Source: Octopus sinensis
Taxonomy: Eukaryota
DNA: 64,000 nt
NCBI RefSeq assembly: GCF_006345805.1
Contig: NC_043014.1
Location: 22,940,001 to 23,004,000 of the forward strand
Reading direction: 5' to 3'
Numbering within the stretch: position 1 is the stretch's first letter; each line of letters begins with the position of its first letter. Below are positions 1 to 12,680 of this stretch, in pieces. The notes below the pieces were generated by a model. The model had not been told where the DNA came from. It worked only from the letters and a program-made list of their open reading frames with translations, and ran no database searches. Position numbers and translations under genes: made by a program.

Positions 1-80
1 TTATTATTATTATTATGGGAGAGGTGGGGATGAGTCAATAACATTGATCCTATTTTGGCAAAGATTTGGAAAAATAAATA

Positions 81-124
<44 letters not shown>

Positions 125-154
125 TAATAATAATCATCATCATCGTCGTCATCG

Positions 155-236
<82 letters not shown>
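1..236. repeat. Compound (AAT)n/(ATC)n microsatellite
   Basis: Direct trinucleotide runs; explains the poly-N/D/Y ORF 13..264. Confidence 0.97.
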
Positions 237-505
237 GGCAGTAAGTTGGTAGAATCATTAACACACTGGACAGTGTGTTGTATGTTCAAATCCCTATATT
301 TTTTATAGATTTGCCAACATAAGATTGTTGCAACCTTGTCATGCTTCCAGTTCTTATAGACCCGCTGAGTAATCATTTTACATTTAGAAACTAAATTTAC
401 AACTGTCTCTTCCACCACATATTTACATTCAGCCAAAATATCTTCTTTATCTGTGTTCTTAACATATCTTCTTTTGAATGCCTGATACTTTGCAATGAGA
501 ATCAA
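237..505 (-). pseudogene. R4/Dong-like non-LTR retrotransposon, decayed C-terminal zinc-knuckle region
   Basis: ORF reads CKYVVEETVVNLVSKCKMITQRVYKNWKHDKVATILCWQIYKKY, resembling the C..C...ET..HI.S.C..L.Q..YK.RHD.VA..HW pattern of R4-clade elements; abuts (TAA)n. Confidence 0.6.
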
Positions 506-2129
506 GCCCTCTGTCTCTTCCTTTAACTCTCACTTCTTTAACTCTTGAAATGTAGATGGTATATAGTGGCCAAATCAGTAGACTAAATGCCCTTCACTAT
601 CTAGTTACATTGCTTTACATTCTCAATTCAAATCCGAGTTCAGTTTCTGGCATTGATAAAATATGCAGCACTCAAAAATTGGGACTTACCAAGGCTGTAT
701 GGATAGGAAGTTTATTTCATAGCCATGCCTCTTAGGTACCATTCCACTGTGCGAGACCTTAAGCAAATGTCTTCTACTATAGACTCGGGTTGGCCAATGC
801 TTTTTGAGAGAAATTTGATAGATAGAAACTATATGGAAGCCTGTCAGGTGTATGTATGTGTTTACTTTTTCTGTCTTCACACAGCACCATTTGATTGATG
901 GGTGATGTTATGCTTATGCCACTTGTAATCAAATTATCCTGTAGCTGGATGGTTTTATCAGACTCATCAGTTTCATTTAATGACCAGGGAAATAAAAATA
1001 CCTTAGTTGGACAACAAGTAAGAATTATCAACAAGAAGAGCATCCAACTGCAGAATACTATATGTCCTGTCCAACCATGCCAGTGTTGAAGAGGCAGAGG
1101 TAAAAATACTCTCTGCTAAAATTTACTGTTATATGCTTATGACAGAAATTAATATTTGTTTTGTCACTTAAAAAGGGCTGAAGGTTCATCAATATATTTT
1201 AATACAAATTTCAAAATTTTGATAAAAGATAACACAGAACATGATGTTAACATTTATTCTAATGCAAAAGAAATGAAATATGTATGTCTATGATAGAAAT
1301 TATTATTATTTGTCATAGATTTGAGAAATTTACTCTACAACCATCTGATTTTATGTTCAATCCCACTCCATATCAAACTGGCCAAGTGTCTTCTACAATA
1401 GTCTCAGACTAACCAATACCTTGTGAGTGAAATTTGATTGAAGGAAGCCTGTTGTATAAGTGTGTGTGTGCATGTCTGTGTGTTTAATGTATGTGAGTGC
1501 TTGTTTCTGTGTGTCTTCACATTATCACATTCTGATAAAAAAAGGCAATTCTTTTTTCTTCCCAATTTCATCTCTTGCAGATAATATGTCCCATACTTTG
1601 GTAGTTTCAAAGAATGAAGACCAGATTAAAAACCAAAGGAGAACTGGCAACAAGAGTTTCTGCAAGTAGCAAACTGTTACAGTTAGCTTTGTTCAATCTA
1701 TGCTCATTCGTAAAAACTGGGTGTAAAAACAAAACAAAACCAAGTTGTTGTATCACAGAACTGGGTCTTGGAATTTAATGTGTCACATAGACATGACACA
1801 AGGGTCAACTTGTTTTTATTGACATGAGTGAAATGTTGCTCCAGTTGATGTATCACTCCATCTGACATTGGAGGCCTGTGACTGTTAACTTGGTCCCAGA
1901 GCTCCTTGTTTTCCTGCCATGAGGAAGCTGATGGCAGTAGAAGGTGGGATTTAAATTCAGAATGCAAAGATCCAAAATAGATACCACAAGGCATCTTATT
2001 CAATGCTTTAACATTTCCACCAATCCACTACTTGGACTGGTATTTTATACATTGAATACAAGAGGATAAAAAGAAAAGTTTATCTCAGCACAATTTGAAC
2101 TCAGAATATAAGAACAAATGCCATCAAGC

Positions 2130-2330
2130 TTTCTCTCCAACTCTCTAACAGCTCTTCCAATTCATCACCTTATTGCATCAGCTGCAAGCCTGGGTGTTAC
2201 CATCCATAATGCAGAGGAGAGACAAATCAGTAACTACAGGAGCCTGACCAGTCACTATCGGTTTGTGCCAGTTGTTGTCAAGATGTTTCTCATCGAATTC
2301 ATCACTTTTTCTCATATTCTGGTAAGTTCC
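2130..2330 (+). pseudogene. Decayed RLE-type (CRE/NeSL-like) LINE C-terminal fragment
   Basis: NAEERQISNYRSLTSHYRFVPVVV resembles the AE..K..KY..L...Y.F.P.AVET motif of restriction-like endonuclease LINEs. Confidence 0.45.
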
Positions 2331-2714
2331 ATCAAGATCTTCCCTCAACACCAATTAGCATTTATTGAGTGAAAACCAGGTTTCTTTTTTATTTTCATAA
2401 ATGTTCTTTTGTAAATTCTTCTGGAATATGAGGTCATTACAAGTAAAAGGAGCCAACCATCTCAACTAACCAAATCAGAGATCCTCTTATATGATTGTTA
2501 GGAACAGTACTTACTTTCTCCTCAAACTTGCATGCCCATGTCTTTAAAAAGTAGGGCTTTATGAATAATGTAGAGTGAAACAAAGAAGGTATTGGTCACA
2601 ACTAAAATGCTTTTGTTCATAAGTCTGCTTGAGTAAAGCTGACCTGGAGTTAATCACCATCACCACTGATGCCTCTGTTACCACTATCACCAACAACAAT
2701 AACAACCTCAGTCT

Positions 2715-4130
2715 ATGTATGGCTATAGATGAAATAAAAATGTTTTTTCACATCTGTATGTCATTCCAAAATGACACTTGTAATTCTGTGAAAATTTTCT
2801 TGAAACGAGTTTGAAGGCTAAATGTTACCAGAAGTTAATCATGTCAAGAGCATTTGGAACTGAGGGAAGCTCATCAAATTTCATTTTCTATGAATATGTT
2901 TCATTTCTATTTTACTTGGTATTTTATGTTCATTAAGTTAAAATAGGCTTATAAATGAGAGTATGTAGTTTTCTTCAGTAAAATCATGAAACAACTTTTA
3001 AATGACTTATGCAATAATTTGATTTTTTCAATATATTTTATAACTTTGCCATTGTCCCAGTACATTTACTTTGCTTTTTTAAGTGTAGAAACTGGTTCAA
3101 ATACTTATCTTATAGTTGGGAGATGAAAGTTTCAATTTCATATTCAATACATTGCACTAATTTACTAAGTAAGAAAACAATTTATTCTTACCCTGCAGTT
3201 TCAAATTTAGATCACTGAGATGAGCAGTTACATTAACTAAAAATACTTAATTGTTACCACATAAAAGGATACTCTCTTCAGGCAGCTCATTTTCTTTCTT
3301 GTAGAAAATTATGAACAAAATTATTTTAGTTTCAAAAATAAATTCAGAACCTTCCCTTCAAAAAGCCAGCATACTTCACAATGGAGGATTACTATATTCC
3401 AAACAAACATTTTGCAATATTCTCTAAATTCTTGTCTATTTAATGTTCTTGCTTTAATTTTATTTGACAAGTGTTAGCATAACATGCTACAAGTTTATAG
3501 TTTTTCCACACAATAACCTTTGGTGTATAAAGCAGTCATATATTAGTTAAAGATGATCTATGCACAAAAAGGTCTAGCCCTGATGTTTCTACTGATCATT
3601 GACAAAGTTCTTTCATTACAAATACTGATACATTTACTGAGATTCATTAGTAGATTATTCTTGTGAAATGAATACAAGAAAGATAAACTCTTTAAAGGCA
3701 GTAAAATTGTTATCATTCCTTATAAAAATATGTAACTAGGTCATATCACACATCAGTAAATTCACTGAAAACTACAGAAAACCAAGTGCAAACATGTAAA
3801 AGGCCTTTCAGTTGTTTAAATACTACATGGGAGAGTTCTTTGGTGAGTCTTGTCTCTGTTTGCTTTGGGAAAACAATTTCAATATTTTTGTCACACATCA
3901 CATCGAATATTTGGAGAAAAGGCCTAACATTTTCTTCTACAATCAAAGGTTTCTGTTTTTTGGCCAATTGGAACTTCTTCCCTCACCAGACTTTCACAAA
4001 TTCCTCCTATAGATATATTTCGACATCTTTTGATTTTCCCCTTTTTTTTCCTATCTCAATCTTTCCTATATTCAGATCCAATCACTATGTTGTTTTCCTT
4101 CTGTTTTCCTATAGTTACTATGTTTTGTAG
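2715..4130 (-). pseudogene. Decayed hAT (Buster/SPIN, GTF2IRD2/EPM2AIP1-like) transposase
   Basis: Manual minus-strand translation across frameshifts gives, in order: FSVVFSEFTD, KIKARTLNRQEFREYC, HCEVCWLFEGKVL, LVNVTAHLSDLNLKLQGKNK, MKLKLFISQL, CHFGMTYRCEK. These match hAT motifs FSLALDESTD, HCEVRWL, DIT.HL..LNLKLQG and FGTTY.CE. Confidence 0.8.
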
Positions 4131-4985
4131 TGTCTAGTAGGATTATATGTTCCATTAATGGAAAATCTACATAACTGTTCAGCAAAAAAGTTTGCTTCAT
4201 AACCAGAGTTTCAAGTCTATCTCATAGCATGACACTTTGAGCAAGTGTTTTTGCTATAAAGTCAGGCTAACCAATACTTTGTAAGTAGAACTGTTTGATG
4301 GAAACTACTCGGGAGCCCATCATCTACATATTTCTGTATTGTGTGTATGCAGTTAGTGAGAGGGAAATATAGTTGAATAAGGTGTTGGTTAGTGTAACAT
4401 GTATTGTCAAGTGAGCATTGCATCGTTTTTAATCATCCAATGCACTAATTTTTGCACATGCACCCTAGAATGGCCATCTCTGTTGCTGAGGCTTTCTTGT
4501 GGGCATGTTGGTCTGATACGATGTTTGGTAAGTCACTAATAAAACTAATAAAAGAGGAGAAAATTACAAAGTATGTTCGTGTGTGTGTTTGTGTGTGTAT
4601 AGATGTCATAAACCATGTGAATTGGATATATGGAAACAATGGAAGCTTGTCATATGGACTGCACCTGTAGTTTAAAGAGATAGCTTTGTTACACATTTTG
4701 CTATGCTGATTCTGCATATATGTGTGTGTGGGGAATATGCAGCCATTTACACTATAATTCAATGAGTGATCAGTTCAAATTGCTGGAATAGATATTGTTG
4801 ACATCTATGTGAGATACATCATGTATATAAATATTTACAAACGGACGTTAAACGAAACATATATACACACACACACACACATATATATATAGGTTAATCC
4901 AAACGGGAAAACAGAAAAAACAACAACACGTGGAACAATTACAGTATTATTATTATTAGGCGCTCAGGAAAATGGAAGAAGGAGG

Positions 4986-5019
<34 letters not shown>

Positions 5020-5020
<1 letters not shown>

Positions 5021-6310
5021 GAGGGACGTTCAATAAGTAATGCCTCTGACCCACTTGCAGTTGTTTGATCTAGCTGAAATTTTGCATGTGCAATCATTTA
5101 TATCTCTATAGAGTAAGTGGAAAATTACAGCTCTGAATTAATTGTGGTTTCTGATTTACAGGTGTTTGAACCGAGTCAAGTGTGAAATGGAACCTGTTGA
5201 GTGTCGAGCAGTGATCCGGTTTTTGTATTTGAAAGAACGCACACCACGGGAGACTTTTGATGAAATGAAAGTAACTTATGGTGATGATGCTCCATCATAT
5301 GACCTTGTAAAATGCTGGCATCGTGAATTCAAACATGGCCGGAACTCTGTGGAAACAGCTCCCAGATCTGGTCGCCCCCTTCTGCCATTGATGAGGCATC
5401 TGTCCGTCAAGTTGAGGCTGCCATTTTGGAAGATCGACGCATAATTATTCGCCAAATAGCCCATAAGGTCAAGATTAGTACCAGGTCTGTGGAAACTATC
5501 ATTCATGACCATTTGCATATGCAAAAGGTGTCTGCCAGATGGATTCCCAGGTTGCTCACGCCTTTCCAGAAGCAAGAACGCGTCGAGTGCTCGAGGGTGA
5601 ATTTGGAGATGTGCCAAGAAGATGAGTCAAAATTTTTCAAAAGACTGATTACACAGGATGAAACCTGGGTCCATCACGATGATCCAGAGACGAAAGCCCA
5701 GTCAATGCAGTGGAAGCACCGTGACTCACCTCCTCCAAAGAAGGCAAGGGTGCAGCCCTCCGCTGGCAAGGTCATGCTCACAGTCTTCTGGGACCAGGAC
5801 GGAGTAGTGATGACAGATTTCCTGGCAAGGGGTACCACAATTGCAGGAGCCTATTATGCTTCACTTTTGAGGAAATTAAGAGAAGTTATCAAAATCAAGA
5901 GGCGGGGCAAGATCAGCAAAGGCATCCTCCTCCTGCAGGACAACGCTCCGGTCCACAACTCGCTTGTCGCCAGATCAGAAGCACAGGCGTATGGCTATGA
6001 ACTCCTCCCCATCCCCCCTACTTTCCTGACCTTGCACCCTCTGATTTTCACCTCTTCCCAATCATGAAGTTGTTTTTTAAAGGAAAGCGTTTCCCAGATG
6101 ATGCAGCCTTGATTTCTGAAGTCACGTTGAGGTTGGAGGACCAAGCTGGGTTCTTCTACAAAAACGGTCTCCAGAGCCACGTCAAACGATGGGAGAAATG
6201 CATAACTCTGGGTGGTTCCTATGTAGAAAAAGACTAATAACTGTGCCAAGTTTCGTTGCTCTACTGCTATGGGAAGTGGGTCAGGGGCATTACTTATTGA
6301 ACACCCCTCG
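5020..6310 (+). mobile_element. Mariner element, copy 1, full length with TIRs and TA target duplication
   Basis: TA|CGAGGGACGTTCAATAAGTAATGCC ... GGCATTACTTATTGAACACCCCTCG|TA; encloses a transposase. Confidence 0.97.
5187..6237 (+). pseudogene. Mariner transposase (DD34D) with two single-base frameshifts
   Basis: MEPVECRAVIRFL..., WIPRLL, DETWVHH, DNAPVH, HPPYFPDLAPSDF. Adding one C near 5358 and one near 6010 gives 350 aa with 34 residues between the last two Asp. Confidence 0.92.
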
Positions 6311-6419
6311 TATATATATACTTACACACTTGTATGTATGTGTGCCTGTCTGTTTGCATATAAATGATTATGTAGTTAGTGATAATCCCCACTTTTTTTT
6401 CTACTGTAGGTACAAGACC

Positions 6420-6935
6420 TGCCTGAAATTTTGGCAGGGAGGGAGCTAGTCTATAACATTGACCCCGATGCTTGAGTGGCACTTATTTTATCAACCCCAA
6501 AAGATGAAAGGCAAAGCTGACCTTGGGCAAATTTGAACTCAGAATATAAAGCCAGAAGAAATGCTAAGCATTTTGTCCAGCATGTTAATGAGTCTACCAG
6601 CTTGCTGCTCATTGTTGATAATTAATTTTATATGCATATTATTTATCTTCTACTTGTTTCAGTCATTTGACTGCAGCCATGCTGGGATACCACCTTGAAG
6701 GGTTTTAGTCAAACAAATTAACCCCAGGACTTTTTTAAAGCCTACTACTTATTCTATCAGTCTCCTTCGCCAAACTGCTAAGTTACAGGGATATAAACAC
6801 ACCAACACCAGTTGTCAAGTGGTGGTGGCAGACAAACACAGAAACACACACACACATATACATTAATATATTCTTTTATTCTTTTACGTGTTTTAGTCAT
6901 CTGGCTGCAACCATGCTAGAGCATTGCCATCTTGG
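6420..6935 (-). mobile_element. Degenerate SINE fragments (two families)
   Basis: 6645-6935 matches the tail of the SINE at 17423; 6420-6610 is an older SINE-like segment also seen decayed near 2030-2110. Confidence 0.65.
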
Positions 6936-6999
6936 CAATACCTGGCTGCATATATTGTGCCCAGGCAATTTCCACCATTTATCTCTCTCTTCCTTACTC

Positions 7000-7093
7000 T
7001 ATCATCCTATCTATTCTGATCCTTGTTACTAGTGAGTATATCCTGACATTCCACCACCATCTCTCCCCTACTCCCTCTTGCACTTTTGCTGTT

Positions 7094-7130
<37 letters not shown>

Positions 7131-7620
7131 ATTGCTCTTCTCTCTGGCTGGGTAGCCATGTATCTCCTCTATAGCAGCACACCTGTTTCTGCCATCATTC
7201 TTGATCACTCTCTCTCTCTCCCCTTGCTTTTCCCTCTGGCCAGGTAACCAAGTATCTCCTTTACATCAGCTCAGCTGTTCTTGTCCTCTTACTTGTACCT
7301 CTCTCTTTTCCTCTCCTTCTCCTTCCTCTCCCTCTCCTTCTCTCTTCCTCCCCCTCTCTCTTTTCTCTTTTCCTCTCTCTCTGACTGGGTAACCATGTAC
7401 CTCCTTTATAACAAACCATCTGTTCCTGCCTCTCTATTTCTCTGTCACATTCTAACCTTTCATCATCTGACACAAGATCGCCTCCTCCAATTCCCCCTCC
7501 TTTATAGAAAGATACCTGTTTCTGCCTCCTTGTCTCTCTGTCACACTCTAACCTTTGATCATCTGATACAAGATCCCCTCCTCCAGTGCCCCTGCTCCTC
7601 TCACAATACCTTATCTTGCA
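7000..7620. repeat. Degenerate pyrimidine-rich tandem repeat (about 90-115 bp units) with (CT)n
   Basis: Recurrent CTCTGGCTGGGTAGCCATGTATCTCCT-like unit at about 7141, 7233 and 7378; duplicated CTGTCACAYTCTAACCTTT unit at about 7442 and 7538. Confidence 0.7.
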
Positions 7621-7634
7621 ACTTATTTGGTGAC

Positions 7635-7936
7635 CCTACTGGTGCTGGCACCATGTAAAAAGCATCCAGTCCACACTGTAAAGTGGTTAGCAATTGGAAG
7701 GGCATCCAGCAGTAAAAATCAGGCCAAAACTGACCTTGCTTGTGCTGGTGCCACATAAAAAGCACTCAGTTCACCCTGTGGAGTGGTTGATCTCTGGAAG
7801 GGCAGCCAGCTGTAAAAACCCTGCCAAAACAGACACAGTAGCCTGGGGTAGTCTTCTACCTGGCATGTTCCTGCCAACCATCCTATCCATGCATACATAG
7901 TAGATGGACATTAAACAATGATAATGATGATAATGA

Positions 7937-7940
<4 letters not shown>
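7635..7940 (+). mobile_element. Old RTE 3' UTR fragment
   Basis: Decayed match to the GGAAGGGCATCCAGC...CCAACCCATGC...(GAT)n tail seen at 55870-56071. Confidence 0.7.
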
Positions 7941-7971
<31 letters not shown>

Positions 7972-8289
7972 GATGGACTTCTTTCACTTCTATCTACCAA
8001 ATCCACTCACAAGGCTTTGGTTGGCCCAAGGCTATAGTAGAAGACACTTGCCCAAGGTGCTATGCGGTGGGACCAAACTATGTAGCTGGGAAGCAAGCTT
8101 CTTACCACTCAGCCATCTCTGTGGCTATTTTTGATCAAATAAACAACTGGAAAACCTGATTATTTCAATAGTATAAGAAGGAATTCTATTATGTTTTAAA
8201 AGAAGTAGAAAGTTTCACCTCAACTCTTAAACATACACTTTGGGCCATTTTTAGTGTTCTGAAGTCAAGGAGACACCTCTGTCTCCTTT

Positions 8290-9600
8290 CTTGACATTTC
8301 AGTCAGCATTCATCACTCCACTCTCACCACTTCCATCCACTACAAACACACAGACTCACACTCATACCTCAACTTCTCCTCCCACCCTAAACACACCAAG
8401 CTTTCCATCCCCTATTCCCAATTCCTCCATCTATGCAGTCTCTGTAGTGACGACCATGACTTTGAGACTCAATCTCAACTCATGACTTGCCACTTCATCC
8501 TATGTGGAAATCCCCTCACCACTATCCATACAACCCTTGCCAGAGCACATTCCATGGACCATGCATCTGCCCTCTCCTCCTGCACCTGCCCCACCATCTC
8601 CTGTCTCCCATTTCCTTTCACCTACCACCCCACCACCCTACTTCTACAATGCACTATTCTCTGAGCCTTCTGGTGACTCCAGTCTGAAACCTCCACTTCG
8701 CACATCTTCCCTAACCAACCCCTCCCCTCCTTCAAACGAGCCCACAACCTACGAGACCTCTTGGTCCACAGCATCTTCCCTAAACCAACCTCCCAACCCA
8801 GCTCATTCCCCTGCTCCCGCCCACGCTGCCACACTTGCCCTTACCTCTCCAATACCACCCTCCTCACTGGCACCCATCATCAACCCTATCATATTACTGA
8901 CTCCTTTACCTGCACTTCTACCAATGTCATCTACTGCATCTCCTGCTCTCTCTACCCTTCTCTATACATAGGATAAATGTGATGCCACTTGGATGACCAG
9001 TTCACGGAACACCTCCGAGACATCCGACTCAGCAGTGAGGCCCCAGTCTCACGCCATTTCTACTCTACCGGTTACTCTTTACAACACCTGTCTGTGTTCA
9101 GATTGTCCTTGCACAGGGGCCATTTGGACTCCCATTTGCCTACCCACATACCCCACCTCTACTCCCACTCTCAGCCTAACCCACACCCCACCCTTGCTTT
9201 CCCCACTCTGCCCCCCCCCGCATCCCAACACCATCACATCACACCACACACCACTACACCATACACCTTAACATACACATACGCACACGTCAAGGTCACC
9301 AGCCCTCTTCCACACACACATACATGCTCTCTTATACACATGCACGCGCAACTTCGTTTTGGGATCACCACTACTTTATTATCTCCCCTTCTTCCTAGCT
9401 CTCCTGTGTGACCTTTCTGTCTGGCATTCACCATTATAGATCGCTAGCCACTACACATTCTTTATTTTCTCTCCTTGTTTCTTTCTGTGTTCCTTTCTGT
9501 GGAAGAGCGCAGACTCAAAATGTTAGACTTTTTCACTTCCCAAGCATTAAACTAATACATCTTTTGTTGTCTACACCTCCTGTCTCCGTCTTTTGTCTTT
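8290..9600 (+). mobile_element. Neptune-type PLE 3' part (RT thumb, Cys linker, GIY-YIG, pLTR)
   Basis: YKHTDSHSYL..SSHP..., FPCSRPRCHTC, VIYCISCSLYPSLYIG, EHLRDIR; stops and frameshifts; HHR-like motif at 9494-9527. Confidence 0.88.
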
Positions 9601-9689
9601 TTTTGTGAATTCTCCCTATATGTGTGTGTGTGTGTGCATGTGTGTGTGTGTGCGTGTGTGTGTGTGTGTGTGTGAGTGAGTGTGTGTGT

Positions 9690-9747
<58 letters not shown>

Positions 9748-9761
9748 ATGTATATTACAAC

Positions 9762-10600
9762 AAAAATTTTAATTTTGGACATAGAATTACCAAAGGGTTC
9801 ATATCCACAAAGCCAAAGACTTGTGGACAGTTTGTCAGACACTATATAAATACGTAACATGAGGAAACGCTCAGAAATTGAGATTTAAGTCTTAACATAT
9901 AAAACCATTAATGAAGACAGGTTGTCTCCCCTAAACTAGAAGATAAAACAACCCTTATAGACTTGAAAAAGCCTAACCAGCAAGCGGGGATATACAATTT
10001 CCCAGTAGGTAGCACTTGAAGTGGACAATTTTAGAAAAAAATTCTTTATGACTATCTAACATGCCAGGTTTAGTATAGTCCTTAAGAATTTTGGCTCTCT
10101 TGTGATGCAGATTTTGCAACATTCACTCCCATTAATATATGGGCCTGATTGATCTATTATTTTCCACCTGATATCACATGGGGTTCCTTGATCTTCAAGG
10201 TGCCACACATGATGGGTGAGAATGTGACAAACCATCTTTCTGAGACTCTGAAGGATGGCTGGTGGTTGCAGAAGCAACATTTGAAACATGTATTGGCTGA
10301 TCCAATATATTTACAAACTTGGGATATGGCTATATTCGCACTCATGGTATATCTCTGATAGGCTCCAGGCTACCTACTGGAAAATTGGTCTATGACAGAT
10401 GTTTTATCCTCTGGTTCAGGGGAGACAACCTGTCCTCATTTACGATTTTATATGCTAAGTCTTAAATTTTGATTTCTGAGCATTTTCTCACATCCGTGAC
10501 ATAGAAAGTTTAGATTTTTTGTCTTTGTATAGATTCTGACAAACTGTCTACAAAGCTTTGGCTTGGTGGATACAAAACCTTTGGCCAAAATTTAAGCTTT
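9762..10600. mobile_element. Fold-back PLE relic: inverted arms of about 230 bp around a Naiad-type GIY-YIG fragment
   Basis: 9790-10010 is the imperfect reverse complement of 10370-10584; the spacer encodes YIGSANTCFK...WHLEDQG..IRWKIIDQSGPY..GSECCKIC on the minus strand. Confidence 0.8.
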
Positions 10601-10669
10601 TGTTGTAATAATTATTGCTCTATTCTTTTTGGAGTATACTTCTTTTCTGATATATGTTTTATTGACTAT

Positions 10670-11457
10670 ATATTGGTATGGTCATGTGACGAGAATGGCT
10701 GAAGATAGTTGTGTGCAAAAGTGCCACACCCTGGTGGTTGAGGGAACCTGTGGAAGAGGTAGACCCAGGAAAACCTGGGACGAGGTGGGGAAGAACGACC
10801 TTCGAACTTTAGGTCTCACCGAGGAAATGACTAGAGATCGAGACCTATGGAAGTATGCTGTGCGTGAGAAGACCCAGCAGGACTAGTGAGACCATAACCC
10901 ATGGCCTCTACCTGGGATGTAGCCAGTTGACTTATGCATACCTTTCCTTCTTGGGACACAAGACTCCGCTTGTGAAGACCCGTTGAGGCAAGTGGAAATC
11001 AAATCAAAACAGATATCAGAAATCAGAGCCCCAATTGAAGTCGATCAACATCAATGGAAATTGCAGCTATGATACCAGTGCCAGTGACACGTAAGCGAAC
11101 CATCCGACCATGGGGCCATTGCCAGCGCCAACCCGACTGGCCTCCGTGCCGGTGGCACGTAAAAAGCACCATCCGATTGTGGCCATTGCCAGCCTTGTCT
11201 GGCCCCCGTGCCGGTGGCACATAAAAAGCACCATCCGTCCGTGGCCGTTTGCCAGTCCTGTATGGCACCTGTGCGGGTGGCACGTAAAAAGCACCCACTA
11301 CACTCATGGAGTGGTTGGCGTTAGGAAGGGCATCCAGCCATAGAAACACTGCCAGATCAGACTGGGCCTGATGCAGCCTTCTGGCTTCCCAGACCCCAGT
11401 TGAACTGTCCAACCCATGCTAGCATGGAAAGCGAACGCTAAATGATGATGATGATGA

Positions 11458-11461
<4 letters not shown>
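10670..11461 (+). mobile_element. 5'-truncated RTE LINE (ORF end plus 3' UTR, (GAT)n tail)
   Basis: WYGHVTRMAEDSCVQKCH...WKYAVREKTQQD*, near-identical to 55310-56071. Confidence 0.93.
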
Positions 11462-11493
<32 letters not shown>

Positions 11494-11636
11494 CCATAAA
11501 ATGTTTCAGCTTCAAAGTTGCAGTCATGCTGGAGCACCACTGCTATATATAAAAGTATATATATGTATATATACATATATATGTATATATGTATATATTT
11601 ATATATACATATATATGTATATATAGTATATATGTG

Positions 11637-11679
<43 letters not shown>

Positions 11680-11890
11680 AGAAAAAGGTTGCCGAAATTT
11701 TTGAAAAAAATCTATTCATTATTATTAGGGCATTCATTCATTTTCGAACTTGACAAATAAAATTGTGAATGTGCAAACAGGTTGTTCATTCATATAAATC
11801 AGGTGTGTTTTTTTTGTTTTGTTTTGAAGAGAACATTGTTTTTGTTATTTTTTTTTTTTGGGGGGGGGTGAAGTTCCAGGATAATGGAGA

Positions 11891-11944
<54 letters not shown>

Positions 11945-12240
11945 GTTAGATAGCTAGGTAGAGAGGGATTTCTTTTCAATTTGGCATGTATTTACCATTT
12001 ATTTGTTTAGTTAGTTATAGTATAGCTATTGACATGAGTTTGAAGATGGTGACCTTTCCAAGATGTCAGTTTTAGGATGGAAAGAATAATGAAAAAAGGA
12101 TGGGGTGTAGTCATCACTGAAAGCATTTTGTTTTTTTTCTTTTTCTATTTCTTAAGGTGCCAGAAGGAAGATCTTATCTTGTTCTATGAAAAATGAAATA
12201 TATATATATGTATGTGCGTGTATATGTGTGTGTGTGTGTG

Positions 12241-12299
<59 letters not shown>

Positions 12300-12490
12300 A
12301 CGCGTGTGTGCACGTATATGTGCCTATGAGTTCATGTGTTTGGAAATATGTCTATGTCTACACTGTGTAATTTAGATGTTTTGCATTTAATAATAAAGTC
12401 AGGTTTCTTTAAATTTCATGTCTTTGCTTGAACAAACAATATTTACAAATTAGAAAAATACATCAAGTTAGAATATCCCAATGTTTCATA

Positions 12491-12532
<42 letters not shown>

Positions 12533-12680
12533 GAAAATTTATAGAGATGAGTATCATTTTTTTCAATATTGGAGCAACAATTTAGAATCAAAAATGCAAA
12601 ATTCTTTGCTTTTCTTTCAAATATTCAATTTTGGAGAGAATTTTTTGATGAAGTGTAGCTCCATTGTTTTTCAGTGTTGT

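Noticed and set aside
3190-3234. 45-nt minus-strand exon with good splice sites
   Set aside because: The peptide is the hAT LNLKLQG motif and continues in frame past the apparent donor.
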